64,000 bases of DNA, from positions 128,001 through 192,000 of the IMG/VR virus record IMGVR_UViG_3300014205_000175; one strand, given 5' to 3'. Positions 48,545 through 58,374 of this stretch are shown in pieces; the first letter of the stretch is position 1; each line of letters opens with the position of its first letter. The position numbers and the translations under genes are program-made. The notes beneath the pieces were generated by a model that saw only the letters and a program-made list of their open reading frames with translations, was not told the origin of the DNA and ran no database searches. This stretch comes from a virus. Its lineage: Duplodnaviria > Caudoviricetes.

Positions 48545-49861
48545 ATGCGTCGTGTTGACCTGAATTTTAGTAGTCCTGCTGTAGCAGCTGAAACGTTCTC
48601 AGTCGCTACGCACCATGATGTCAGTGGTGAGATGCTTGCTTTGCGCCGACTCGATCAAAAACTCAATCGCGCTATGGAAGATTGGGCACTGGTGAGTGCA
48701 GTGGAAAATATCGCTTTGCCGGATGTTGCAGCGTTGCCGGCATTAGTCATGACGCTAGAGACAGTAGCGCTACGTCTGGGGTTATCACAACCTAGTCTAG
48801 AGAGCCATTACAGCCCCGCTATGGCGCTCGAAGCATCGCTATATAGTATCGGTGAGGCGATGAAGAACGCCTTTAAAAAGATCGTGGAAGTGATTCGTGC
48901 ATTGTGGAAAAAACTCGTCGCGTTTATCAAGCGAGTATTCGATACTAACGCTAGCATGCGTAAAGAAGCCGTGGCACTCAAAGCTAAGCTGAGTAAAGGC
49001 GATTACGTCACTGTGGCTGAAGGTCACGAGAACGACAAATTCGAAAATGCAGCGCTTGCCGAGAAGTTTGTTTCGGACCAGCGCATCGATGCTAATGTAG
49101 TGTTGAAGATGTTCGAGTTGCACGATAAGTTCGCTGAGAAATCCGATCGCCTACCGGCTGCAATAGCTATGACAGCACTGATGCTGAATGTGACTTTGAA
49201 ACTGAATAATCCTGCCAATATCGATCAAGATATCGAGAAAGCTTACCAGCACACTGAAGCTGCGGCTCGTTCGTTATTAGAATTCATGCTGCCTGATAAA
49301 ACCGGTCAGATCGATCTGAAGGCTAATGGGGGACAGGAGAAAGAAACTGAACTCTACTACCCGAGCAAAGATCTGGCGTTATGTGGTGGCAAACAGTTTG
49401 CCTATACCGTACAGGTGCAGACTCCGGTAACCGATAACGCGGATTCAGAGATCGCTTTTAGCATTCAGTTTACGTTACGTAAACATGAGGAAAAAAGTGG
49501 CGACAGTACGGAACTGACAATCCTCACCAAAGACGAGATGATTAAACTTTGCGACGCTATCATCAAGATGACGCAGAGTAACGATGCTCTGTGTCGTGAC
49601 GTTGAAAAAGCCAACAAGGAAGTTGCCTCTCTCGTGAGCGTGATGGAGAGGATGGCCGCTGATGGTTACAAGAACGATCAGTCCAGTGACAAAGAAGACA
49701 CCGCCAAGAAGATTCGTCGCGCCATGCTCTACCAGCGTCGTGTGGTCTCCACGATCGGTGCTAAGACTGGCGCATTTAGCGGTACGGTAACGGGTTTGAA
49801 TGTCAAACTCTGCCAAGCTGCTGCTAAGTATGTCAAAGAGTGTATGGCTCGATACAAATAA
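48545..49861 (+). CDS. Internal head protein paralog
   Basis: SLE/ALE then FKKIVEVIRALWKKLVAFIKRVF; C-terminus resembles the 47073 gene. Confidence 0.85.
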   Translation: MRRVDLNFSSPAVAAETFSVATHHDVSGEMLALRRLDQKLNRAMEDWALVSAVENIALPDVAALPALVMTLETVALRLGLSQPSLESHYSPAMALEASLYSIGEAMKNAFKKIVEVIRALWKKLVAFIKRVFDTNASMRKEAVALKAKLSKGDYVTVAEGHENDKFENAALAEKFVSDQRIDANVVLKMFELHDKFAEKSDRLPAAIAMTALMLNVTLKLNNPANIDQDIEKAYQHTEAAARSLLEFMLPDKTGQIDLKANGGQEKETELYYPSKDLALCGGKQFAYTVQVQTPVTDNADSEIAFSIQFTLRKHEEKSGDSTELTILTKDEMIKLCDAIIKMTQSNDALCRDVEKANKEVASLVSVMERMAADGYKNDQSSDKEDTAKKIRRAMLYQRRVVSTIGAKTGAFSGTVTGLNVKLCQAAAKYVKECMARYK

Positions 49862-49915
49862 CATAAGCTAGCGGTGCCACATCTTGTGCGCGCCAAACAC
49901 AACTGGGAGTTAGTG

Positions 49916-51259
49916 ATGGGTAAATTCTTGAATCTTGCTGTGGAAGCTGAACCGGTCGTAGTCGACCATGACGTTGATCGTGACGGTATCGAACAGTCCG
50001 CTATCGAACTGCATGCCGATGTGTGTGACGTGCATGCCGAGACCGACGACATCATCGAGACTATGCAGTACACAGGTAGTCTTAGTAACATCGCCAACAA
50101 CATGGCACAAGGCCCAGAAACGTTCTCGGTCGAATCGGTGCGCATCACGCACGTCATGGTTGACTCCATCCTCAATCGGCTCGGGATGCGGGATTCACGT
50201 CCCATTCCGGTGATGGAATGCTTCGAGAACCATTTCGAGCGCCGCATGGCTTATCAGATTGCCAGTGAAGGTCTGGTCGAATCGATCGTTTCGATCTGGC
50301 GTGCCATCAAGCGAGCGATCCTGTCAGTGTGGGAGCGTCTCAAGGCGTTTTTCCACCGTATGTTCGATGTTACGCGGAAGCTCGAAAAGTGGAACAACCA
50401 GCTCAAGGACCGTCTCAAAAATCCCGGCGCTTATCCGCTCGAAGATGAGTTCGAACATGAAGAGATCGCACGTGCTTTTGTCATCAATAACCGTGTGCGT
50501 AGCGACAACGTGTTGACTATTCTAAACAGCCACGCCGACATCACTAGCGATATCAAAGTTCTCGCTAACAATCTCGCTACTAGTTCGAGGTTGCTGAACG
50601 CCGTCAAAGACGATTACATCAATAAAATTACTGACCTCAAACTCCTCACTGCTCAAAACGGCGAGATCCCGCCTTCGGAGCATAATCTCGAACAGTTCGA
50701 GCTCGATCTGAACGAGAAGATCAAGATCTTTCGCACCGACATCATCAATGCGCTACATCTGCAACAAAGCGCCGAGGGTAACGAAGGACAGATTGCTGAG
50801 TCTACCACGGTACTTCTTGAAGGCAAAAAGATCTATCTTAACTCGACTAAAATCGGAAATAGTAACTATGAGCTCGATATTACATTTAGCGACCCCGAGT
50901 CGCCTGGTGAAATCAAGCTACGCGTATTGACTACCGAAGAACTACGCCAAGTGACGATTGCATGTGACCGGCTTTTGAAACTACAATCACTGGTTAACGA
51001 TGCCGGCAATGAAGTCAACAAAGCCACTCGTAGCCTAATAAGCATTATCGAGTCGATCGAGCGTACCATTTTCGATCTTAATCGCACCCATAAAGACACC
51101 GCTACTATCTATATGAAATCCTTGGAACCGGTGCGTCAATATGTTAATTCGATGATCGCCGTCATCAATCGTGTCTATAGCACGGTACCGGCACTCAACA
51201 TCAATGCAGTGAGACTCGCTCTGACCTACGCCGATGAGTCACTGACACGTTATCATTAA
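49916..51259 (+). CDS. Internal head protein paralog
   Basis: ASE then IWRAIKRAILSVWERLKAFF; start MGKF after GGAG. Confidence 0.85.
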   Translation: MGKFLNLAVEAEPVVVDHDVDRDGIEQSAIELHADVCDVHAETDDIIETMQYTGSLSNIANNMAQGPETFSVESVRITHVMVDSILNRLGMRDSRPIPVMECFENHFERRMAYQIASEGLVESIVSIWRAIKRAILSVWERLKAFFHRMFDVTRKLEKWNNQLKDRLKNPGAYPLEDEFEHEEIARAFVINNRVRSDNVLTILNSHADITSDIKVLANNLATSSRLLNAVKDDYINKITDLKLLTAQNGEIPPSEHNLEQFELDLNEKIKIFRTDIINALHLQQSAEGNEGQIAESTTVLLEGKKIYLNSTKIGNSNYELDITFSDPESPGEIKLRVLTTEELRQVTIACDRLLKLQSLVNDAGNEVNKATRSLISIIESIERTIFDLNRTHKDTATIYMKSLEPVRQYVNSMIAVINRVYSTVPALNINAVRLALTYADESLTRYH

Positions 51260-51313
51260 CCCCCCGTCAAGAGCCCTGGGGTCATCCCTAGGGCTCTTGA
51301 CAGAATAAATCGT

Positions 51314-51333
51314 AGCTACATATATAGTAAATG
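51314..51333 (+). promoter_or_regulatory. Putative early promoter
   Basis: agctacatatatagtaaatg, directly after a terminator hairpin. Confidence 0.75.
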
Positions 51334-51380
51334 ATCACTGCCTACCCCGGCACGACATTTACTAGAGGAGATACCATCTC

Positions 51381-51974
51381 ATGACCATTCATTTGAACGG
51401 CGATATAGATACTATTTTCACTACATTCCCAGCAGCACCTGTAGCAGTAAAGAAAAACCGCCGTCTTGTCAACGCGGTTCTCGATCATGCCTCATCCAGT
51501 CATCCTCTTGCCGAAGACGAGCCCGAGTTAGTACAATCGGTGCATTCTGGCTGGCTTAATTCTGAGACCATTATTACACCCGTGATCACCGATCTCGAAA
51601 AACCTCTCGACACCCATACCGATGTTCCGAAAGAAACCTATCAGCAACCGGTCGATATGCTCACCCATGCACTCGGTATGTTGCCGAAAAAAGCTCGTCA
51701 GTGCGGTTTTTACAATCACGTTCTCGCTCACATGACTGAGACGTGCCCGATGCAAAGCCTGATCCGTGAGTATTTCGATAGCCATCTGAAAGAGCCGTTG
51801 GCTAAAACCATCGTTGCGGCGAGTAAAACCGGTTACAGTGCTGAGCGCATTCGCATCTGGCTCACCGCGATACGCTTGCAACTCGTGGAGAAGTTCGGCT
51901 TGCTGGAGTGCCTCGAAGACCATTGGTATGGCAGTACTTTTAAAATACTTTACACGAGCGAGCAGTTCTTCTAA
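51381..51974 (+). CDS. Hypothetical protein
   Basis: 197 aa, GAGGAG RBS. Confidence 0.7.
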   Translation: MTIHLNGDIDTIFTTFPAAPVAVKKNRRLVNAVLDHASSSHPLAEDEPELVQSVHSGWLNSETIITPVITDLEKPLDTHTDVPKETYQQPVDMLTHALGMLPKKARQCGFYNHVLAHMTETCPMQSLIREYFDSHLKEPLAKTIVAASKTGYSAERIRIWLTAIRLQLVEKFGLLECLEDHWYGSTFKILYTSEQFF

Positions 51975-52369
51975 TGACACCTTTCGATGAGCGCATGCTC
52001 TCATACGCTTTGGTGAAAGCCTCCCATCATCAATCGGGAGGCCGACACCGGATGTTTGCAGTGGCGGTCAATAAGCGCAAAATCGTCGCCGAGGGTGGCA
52101 ATCAGTATCACCAGACGCACCCATTGCAGGCACACTGGGGTAGACGCGCAGGTGATGCTGATAGCTTAAAAAGAATCTATCTGCATGCGGAGATTAATAT
52201 TCTCGCCCAGCTTTATCGTCTGAGGAAAACTTGTACCGGTTTATATATCGCCGGCATAACCTCAAAGGGTGAAGTGATCCAAGCTACGCCATGTAAAATA
52301 TGTAGTATGGCTTTAAGCGTAGCTGGTATCGAGAATATCTTCGCCACCGATAAATCTTTTTCCTTTTAG
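51974..52369 (+). CDS. Zn-dependent cytidine/dCMP deaminase-fold protein
   Basis: LHAEIN...PCKIC. Confidence 0.8.
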   Translation: MTPFDERMLSYALVKASHHQSGGRHRMFAVAVNKRKIVAEGGNQYHQTHPLQAHWGRRAGDADSLKRIYLHAEINILAQLYRLRKTCTGLYIAGITSKGEVIQATPCKICSMALSVAGIENIFATDKSFSF

Positions 52370-52377
52370 GATTAACG

Positions 52378-52887
52378 ATGCGAACCTATAACGATTGGGT
52401 AGAGACGGTAAAACGCGGCACGTCCTTGCGCTTGGTACCGGCAAGTATGCGTGACGGCAGGCTTTGCAGCATCGCGATCTCAGTCAACGGCTTAAATCTA
52501 CGCGATGTACCGGAGGAACTACGTACTCCTACGCATTGTCTTGATGCAGTGCAACGTTGCGGTATGGCTATTCGGTATGTTCCAACCTCGCTATTAACGG
52601 CTGAACTATGCGCTGCAGCAGTAGCTTCTCACGGACGGGCGATTCGTTACGTACCGGAAGAACTTCTCACTGAAGAGATGTGTTTAGAAGCTGTTTTAGA
52701 TGCTGGGATGGGGCTGCACGATGTGCCGGTACATCAGCGTACTGCTCGGGTGTGTTGGGCTTCGGTGGAGAAATACGGTTGGACGCTAGAGTACGTACCC
52801 AACGCGCTGAAGACCCCTGAGATGTGCGATATCGCCGTACGGCGTTTTAGCTTCGCCATCTCGCATGTTCCCGAAGCTTTTCTTTAA
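52378..52887 (+). CDS. DUF4116 repeat protein
   Basis: GxAIRYVPxxLxTxExCxxAV repeats. Confidence 0.85.
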   Translation: MRTYNDWVETVKRGTSLRLVPASMRDGRLCSIAISVNGLNLRDVPEELRTPTHCLDAVQRCGMAIRYVPTSLLTAELCAAAVASHGRAIRYVPEELLTEEMCLEAVLDAGMGLHDVPVHQRTARVCWASVEKYGWTLEYVPNALKTPEMCDIAVRRFSFAISHVPEAFL

Positions 52888-52996
52888 CAGTTTTTCATGA
52901 CACTCTGCATACTTTGGATGGACAGATCATGACTAAAGTTACTCTTTTCGGAACTCTTAGTTTCCTCCATAATCACAGTAACCCAGAGTAAAAACA

Positions 52997-53557
52997 ATGC
53001 AAAACTTTCGTACGGCGTGTAAGAAAATGTTCGATTCCCAAGATGAACATGGTTCATCAGGCAGCACCTATCGAACGCTCACTGAGGAGCAGTGTTTACA
53101 GATAGTGGAAAAAGATGCTCTTCATCTAGCCCTGATCCCTTTGGAAATGCGTACTGCTGCACTATGTATGGCAGCGGTAAAAAAATCTGGCATAGCTATC
53201 TATTATGTACCCGTGAAGCTGCGAAGTCGTGAACTTTGTTTGGAGGCAGTAAGCCGCAGTGGTCATATTCTCGATCACGTGCCACGTGAGCTACTAACAC
53301 CCGAGATCTGTAAAGCAGCGTTGCAAAACTACGGCTGGAGTCTGCGTTATGTCCCTGAACATGACCGTACGCTAGATCTGTGCCTGATAGCGATTCAAGA
53401 AGACGGCCAGGCACTCAAATATGTGCCGCGGCGACTCATGAGTAACGAGCTCTGCCTGATCGCTATCCGGCAGACTTATCGTGCGCTACAACATATCCCG
53501 AGCGCCATGCGTACTCCTGAAATCATGGCGATCGCTTACTCGAAGGCTAGTGATTAG
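52997..53557 (+). CDS. DUF4116 repeat protein
   Basis: Same repeat pattern. Confidence 0.85.
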   Translation: MQNFRTACKKMFDSQDEHGSSGSTYRTLTEEQCLQIVEKDALHLALIPLEMRTAALCMAAVKKSGIAIYYVPVKLRSRELCLEAVSRSGHILDHVPRELLTPEICKAALQNYGWSLRYVPEHDRTLDLCLIAIQEDGQALKYVPRRLMSNELCLIAIRQTYRALQHIPSAMRTPEIMAIAYSKASD

Positions 53558-53585
53558 TCCCTAAAGCAAAAGGAGCTGTAGGTCC

Positions 53586-54074
53586 ATGAATGCACGTGAA
53601 CGGTGTTTGCAACTAGTAGTAGATGGCGAATTGAGTTTGGCAGATGTTATACCGGAATCTAAAACTCCGGAGATGTGTCTGGCAGCAGTCAAGAAGTTCG
53701 GTCTCAGTCTAGTGTCAGTACCGTTGGACATGCGTACGCCAGAAATATGTCGTGCTGCTGTCTACCAAGATGCATGGGCCTTACAGCATGTGCCTGATTT
53801 TCTACGCAGTGATCAGTTGCATCTCGCAGCGGTGCGAAGAAATGGGCTGGCATTATATCTCATCCCACCACGCCAAAGAACAGCCGAGATTTGCAGAGTC
53901 GCGGTGCATCAAAACGGCTGCGCGTTAAAATTCATCGCACCTAGTTTGCGTACCGATGAGCTTTGCCTAGCGGCCGTACAGCAAAACGTCATGGCTCTAG
54001 AATATTCCCCTAATCGTCAGCACATCCTAGAGCTCTATACCCAACAAAAAATCGGAGTTAAAAATGTTGATTAG
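53586..54074 (+). CDS. DUF4116 repeat protein
   Basis: Same repeat pattern. Confidence 0.85.
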   Translation: MNARERCLQLVVDGELSLADVIPESKTPEMCLAAVKKFGLSLVSVPLDMRTPEICRAAVYQDAWALQHVPDFLRSDQLHLAAVRRNGLALYLIPPRQRTAEICRVAVHQNGCALKFIAPSLRTDELCLAAVQQNVMALEYSPNRQHILELYTQQKIGVKNVD

Positions 54075-54519
54075 TGCATTAACCGGAAAAGCAGTGAAGA
54101 TCAGCTACCCTGGTCTGACTTCGCAGGATGTGGCTGATTTCTGTCGTAACGCCGAAGTGGATTTTCTCGCTCTCGGTACGTTAGGTGCTTGGGATGACGA
54201 GACCATGTTCTACGCAGCTCCGAGTAATCATGAGGGCAGAAACCGCACCTTTGAGTTCGCCGTGGTACTGAAATGGAAACAAGTACGCGACATGATCGCT
54301 GAAGCGCAGCTATCCCCCAATAGCCGCTTTCGTCACTACAAAGGCGGCATCTATACTGTCGTATGTAAGGCGAGCGATGAGCGTACGCAACAGCCAGTGA
54401 TCGTCTATCGCGACGTGCAAGGTAAAACGTGGGTGCGTCCGCAAGAAGATTTTCGCAGTGTTGTTACCGTCGATGGTGAGATGATGCCTCGTTTCACCTA
54501 TATTGGACCAGGCTACTAG
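54064..54519 (+). CDS. DUF1653 domain protein
   Basis: RFRHYKGGIYTV...VIVYR...WVRP..F...PRF. Confidence 0.85.
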   Translation: MLISALTGKAVKISYPGLTSQDVADFCRNAEVDFLALGTLGAWDDETMFYAAPSNHEGRNRTFEFAVVLKWKQVRDMIAEAQLSPNSRFRHYKGGIYTVVCKASDERTQQPVIVYRDVQGKTWVRPQEDFRSVVTVDGEMMPRFTYIGPGY

Positions 54520-54620
54520 TGTGTAGACACCTTCTTGCCAACGCCGGCAAGAAGGTGGTGTTTTTTTTTTTGTCTGGTTAACGTATCAAGTGGTTCCTTA
54601 CATTTTAGAAGGTATGCAAT

Positions 54621-56342
54621 ATGCCTGTTGTCAGCATGACTTTACCCGATGTCGAGCAAGCGGTGGTTAGACCTGCGATCGTCGACATCATTCACCAGAT
54701 CGAGAACATCGTCAAAATCCCAGCTACTACGCGCATCATGTTTCCAGGTGAGATGGGTACCAGCGCGACAAGTAGATCGACAATCGATGAAGAACAAGAC
54801 CGGCGTGCGATCTTCACCAATGATCGTTATCTTTATGTCGAGGTAGAACAGTCGTATAACGAGGACATGATCTCTAGTACGGCAGTACATCAACGTGAAC
54901 ACAATCCTGTTTTTCTCGATCGAGAGATTCGTGTAGCATTATGGCCAGTGTATTTATCGACTAACTACACTATCAATTTTCGCTACTCGACACTAAGTAA
55001 AACCGAGGCAGTGAGATGGCGTGATGATATCTACGCCAAGATCACCCAGATGCGCGATCTGAACCTACATGACATCACTTATCATTATCAGCTACCCAAT
55101 GAACTATGGGAGTTGATACGAGTCATTCACGAGCATAAAAGTCGGTTACAAACCACTCCGGAAACTTTCGAGCACTATGTCAAATCTCATGCTACCGATC
55201 GGCTCATGCTGCTAAGTGACATGACGAATAAGAACTATGCGCTGGCAGTAGCTGAAAAACAGACGCGTATTGTGGGACAATTCGACTTTAGCCCGGTACC
55301 CGAGAAGATCGAACGTGAAGATACTGGTGTGTGGATCTGTAGTTTTGGCTATAAACTCACATTTGAAAAGCCTGCGCTAATAGGCTGTCGATATCCTATT
55401 ACGGTGTATAACCGTATCCTGCCAGCTGAATATGTGACGTTTCTAGCCGACGGGCGAGATGATGAGAACAAACATGATTATAGCCGATCGCTGTCGATGG
55501 AAGCGCTGTCGATGTTTGAAGCCACTCGTCAACTCGAAGCTGCGAATAACATCTATGTGCCATATCGTATCCCAGAATTCGATGAGATCAAAGTGCGTAC
55601 TGGTCCGGCCGGCTACGCTTCAGCTCTGTCAGTGCTGACCGAAGTAGATGAGGATACTCGCCGTGGGTTATTTAACTTACGTGATCTAAGCCCGTATGCG
55701 TTGGACGAAGATCTACTAGATTTCATTGCTACTTCTGAGTACCCGTATATCCATCATGCGTATCATTCGGTACTGTATATTGGCCTATATAAAAATTACG
55801 GCTACGCTTCAGATCGAATGCTGCGTTGTAACCATGATTTAGAACTTACCGCTGCTGTCGATCTTAATCTTACTCAGCCCTATCACGTGATGTTTTCGCT
55901 TCTGGTAGATCTACCGTATCTGAAAGAAGCCGCAGTGGAACGACTTAAAAAACACCCGCGCGCCTTCGTTAAAATAGTGCAGTGTATCAATGAGGCTCTG
56001 CGGAATTTTCCTGAGTTGGAGATATTGGCGAAAAAACCGCGTGTCACCACGACTGATTTTAACCGCTTCTTCCGCCACATCGTCAGCTATAACACCAAAA
56101 CTTTTCCTGGACCCAACAACGTTTACCAGTCTCCTACGACTATGGCTTATCTCAATGAGCTTGATAGTCACGGCAGACCAAAATTTACCCGTGAACAGCG
56201 TCCTACTTATCAAGATTCCCTATACGCTAACGATCCGATCCAGCCCTATCGTGGTGAGATCTGGGAACGCATCCGTGCTGACTCGATCGGTTTTAAGCGT
56301 CAGCAGCTCTCTAGCATTCTTACGATCCACCATCAACGTTAA
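54621..56342 (+). CDS. Virion structural protein (gp98-like, neck/tail-joining candidate)
   Basis: 573 aa; synteny. Confidence 0.65.
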   Translation: MPVVSMTLPDVEQAVVRPAIVDIIHQIENIVKIPATTRIMFPGEMGTSATSRSTIDEEQDRRAIFTNDRYLYVEVEQSYNEDMISSTAVHQREHNPVFLDREIRVALWPVYLSTNYTINFRYSTLSKTEAVRWRDDIYAKITQMRDLNLHDITYHYQLPNELWELIRVIHEHKSRLQTTPETFEHYVKSHATDRLMLLSDMTNKNYALAVAEKQTRIVGQFDFSPVPEKIEREDTGVWICSFGYKLTFEKPALIGCRYPITVYNRILPAEYVTFLADGRDDENKHDYSRSLSMEALSMFEATRQLEAANNIYVPYRIPEFDEIKVRTGPAGYASALSVLTEVDEDTRRGLFNLRDLSPYALDEDLLDFIATSEYPYIHHAYHSVLYIGLYKNYGYASDRMLRCNHDLELTAAVDLNLTQPYHVMFSLLVDLPYLKEAAVERLKKHPRAFVKIVQCINEALRNFPELEILAKKPRVTTTDFNRFFRHIVSYNTKTFPGPNNVYQSPTTMAYLNELDSHGRPKFTREQRPTYQDSLYANDPIQPYRGEIWERIRADSIGFKRQQLSSILTIHHQR

Positions 56343-56344
56343 AA

Positions 56345-56389
56345 GCCGTCATCCAGCAGAGGCCTAATGAGCCTCTGCTGGATGACGGC
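56345..56389. terminator. 19-bp perfect hairpin with CTAATGA loop
   Basis: gccgtcatccagcagaggc ctaatga gcctctgctggatgacggc. Confidence 0.7.
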
Positions 56390-56449
56390 GATAAATAAAG
56401 CGTTGCTACGGATATCCTTTGGCTTAAAATTACCAGGAGATTTTTAATC

Positions 56450-57811
56450 ATGGCTATTGCTCGTCTCAGACCCGATGCGGTTTCACCGGTGGTACCTAAC
56501 CTACCCCGAGCACAACCGGCAGAATTTAAAAGTACTGTGGTAGAAAATATCCTTCAGCCGGTTAAGTCCCTTTTAGCATATGCTGAAGGTGCGCCGTGGA
56601 CGGTTAATTACTATAGCCAGCTCCTCGGTAAAAACAATGATCTTAAAGATTATGACCCAGGTCAGCCAGAGCTCTATCAGCAGTATCTCAAAATCCATCA
56701 CGTAGAACTGCGTGTCACAGCACCTCTGAGTAGTTCATATATCAATGAGACTGGAGTATCACAAGTACAAGGTTCAGCATACCTGCCCTCGTGCATCACT
56801 CCGAACGTCGGTGATGTATTTCTTACCTCGGTTGACAATGGCGACGATGCACTGTTCCGAGTGACCCTAGTAGAGCGTAAATCGCATAATCGCGAATCGC
56901 TCTACTATATCGAATATAGCCTCTATGGGTTGATCCCACAGCACCCTGAGTGGTTAGAACTCATCGAACAAAAAGTCCAGCGCGAGTATTACTTTCATAA
57001 AGATCGTCTCATCGATGGCTTAGATGCGTTGGTTACCCCACATCAACACGAGAGGATCAGTCAGGCTGAACAGCGTCTGCGTGATATTGTTACCTATTAT
57101 TTCAAGACTTTCTTTAATCGTCTCTATTCGACTCTGGTACTGCCGAATCAGTCTACCACATTTTACGATCCGCTGCTAGTCCGGTATCTGTTACGTATGG
57201 TTGATAGTAACACTACTCCTGAGATCATTCATCTCAATAATCTCTCTATCGAAGATGACGCGTATCTCTCGCAACCTACCCTGTGGGATGCGATGCTAGA
57301 GCAGGACTATGGTCAGCTTGAATACATCAACCGTCAGATGGGATTTGTTACTAGCCGAGCATTTTTCCGCATGCCTTCGCTTGCTACGGCTCGATATCAA
57401 CGCATGAACTACATTCTCTATCCGCTTGATGCTGATACGAGTGTGACGCTCGGCATTGACCCATTACCGAAAGAGGCGATTGAAGAGGATCTGGTGGCAG
57501 CCCCGTCGCATCACGGTCTTGCTGACATGCTCTATAACGAGTACATCTACGAGAACACCACGATTCGGCTACTACCGAGTCTGTTCGAAGAGAACTATTA
57601 CGTGTTGTCGCCAGCTTTTTATACTGGTACTGGAACGAAAAGCCTGTTGGAAGTATTGGTGTTACGGTATCTGAAACATGAGGCTCTTGACCTACAGCAG
57701 CTACTTGTGCTCCTGAAGAACTACACCCAATGGAACCGTCTAGAACAGTTCTATTTTCTACCGCTGGTAATCGCCATGCTCAAGACCACTCTTGGTGGGG
57801 TACGGCCATGA
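56450..57811 (+). CDS. Virion structural protein (gp99-like, neck/head-closure candidate)
   Basis: EGAPWTVNYYSQ, TPNVGDVF; synteny. Confidence 0.7.
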   Translation: MAIARLRPDAVSPVVPNLPRAQPAEFKSTVVENILQPVKSLLAYAEGAPWTVNYYSQLLGKNNDLKDYDPGQPELYQQYLKIHHVELRVTAPLSSSYINETGVSQVQGSAYLPSCITPNVGDVFLTSVDNGDDALFRVTLVERKSHNRESLYYIEYSLYGLIPQHPEWLELIEQKVQREYYFHKDRLIDGLDALVTPHQHERISQAEQRLRDIVTYYFKTFFNRLYSTLVLPNQSTTFYDPLLVRYLLRMVDSNTTPEIIHLNNLSIEDDAYLSQPTLWDAMLEQDYGQLEYINRQMGFVTSRAFFRMPSLATARYQRMNYILYPLDADTSVTLGIDPLPKEAIEEDLVAAPSHHGLADMLYNEYIYENTTIRLLPSLFEENYYVLSPAFYTGTGTKSLLEVLVLRYLKHEALDLQQLLVLLKNYTQWNRLEQFYFLPLVIAMLKTTLGGVRP

Positions 57812-58374
57812 GTGGTTATGATACGACCAAAGAGATTTGGGAGAAGCTCTATATGGTACGGCTACCGAGTCTGGATGCTACTTCGATGAGTTTTCTCAAA
57901 CATCATGGCACTTACGTAACCGGCATTAAGGAAATTGATAATGCCAACGTGAATAACTGGATCACGACTTATATCACGATTGACAAAATGGTTGAGTTCT
58001 ATAAGCAGGGTGTTACCGTATCTGTCATTCGACCCTCGGATACACAGCTCATCTATGAAGCGATTGAAAAGCATTTGGTGGGTTGGCGCACGATGCTAGA
58101 AAAAGGCATCAACATCGGTAACGCTCCGATTGAAGATCTAATCGAGATGGATAAATTCGCTAACGCCGTATATGAACATGCTCGCTACCACATCCCTGAA
58201 GAACTCATCGAGTCGCTCTTTAAGCTTAATATCGGTAAACGCATTCGAGCGATCCCTGGTCAGATGTTCCGGCCTGAACCTTCTGTCATAACCGAAGAGG
58301 AGAAACATCCGCAGCAACGCAACTCAATGGCGGAGTTTCTCAAATCGCGTGTGCACGGCATCAAGAGGTTTTAA
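57808..58374 (+). CDS. gp100-like conserved protein
   Basis: Start MSGYD at 57808; APIEDLIEMDKFA. Confidence 0.65.
   Translation: MSGYDTTKEIWEKLYMVRLPSLDATSMSFLKHHGTYVTGIKEIDNANVNNWITTYITIDKMVEFYKQGVTVSVIRPSDTQLIYEAIEKHLVGWRTMLEKGINIGNAPIEDLIEMDKFANAVYEHARYHIPEELIESLFKLNIGKRIRAIPGQMFRPEPSVITEEEKHPQQRNSMAEFLKSRVHGIKRF

Noticed and set aside
8705-54592. TAGTG/AAGTG as a middle or late promoter motif upstream of several genes
   Set aside because: Too short and variable to separate from chance without transcription-start data.
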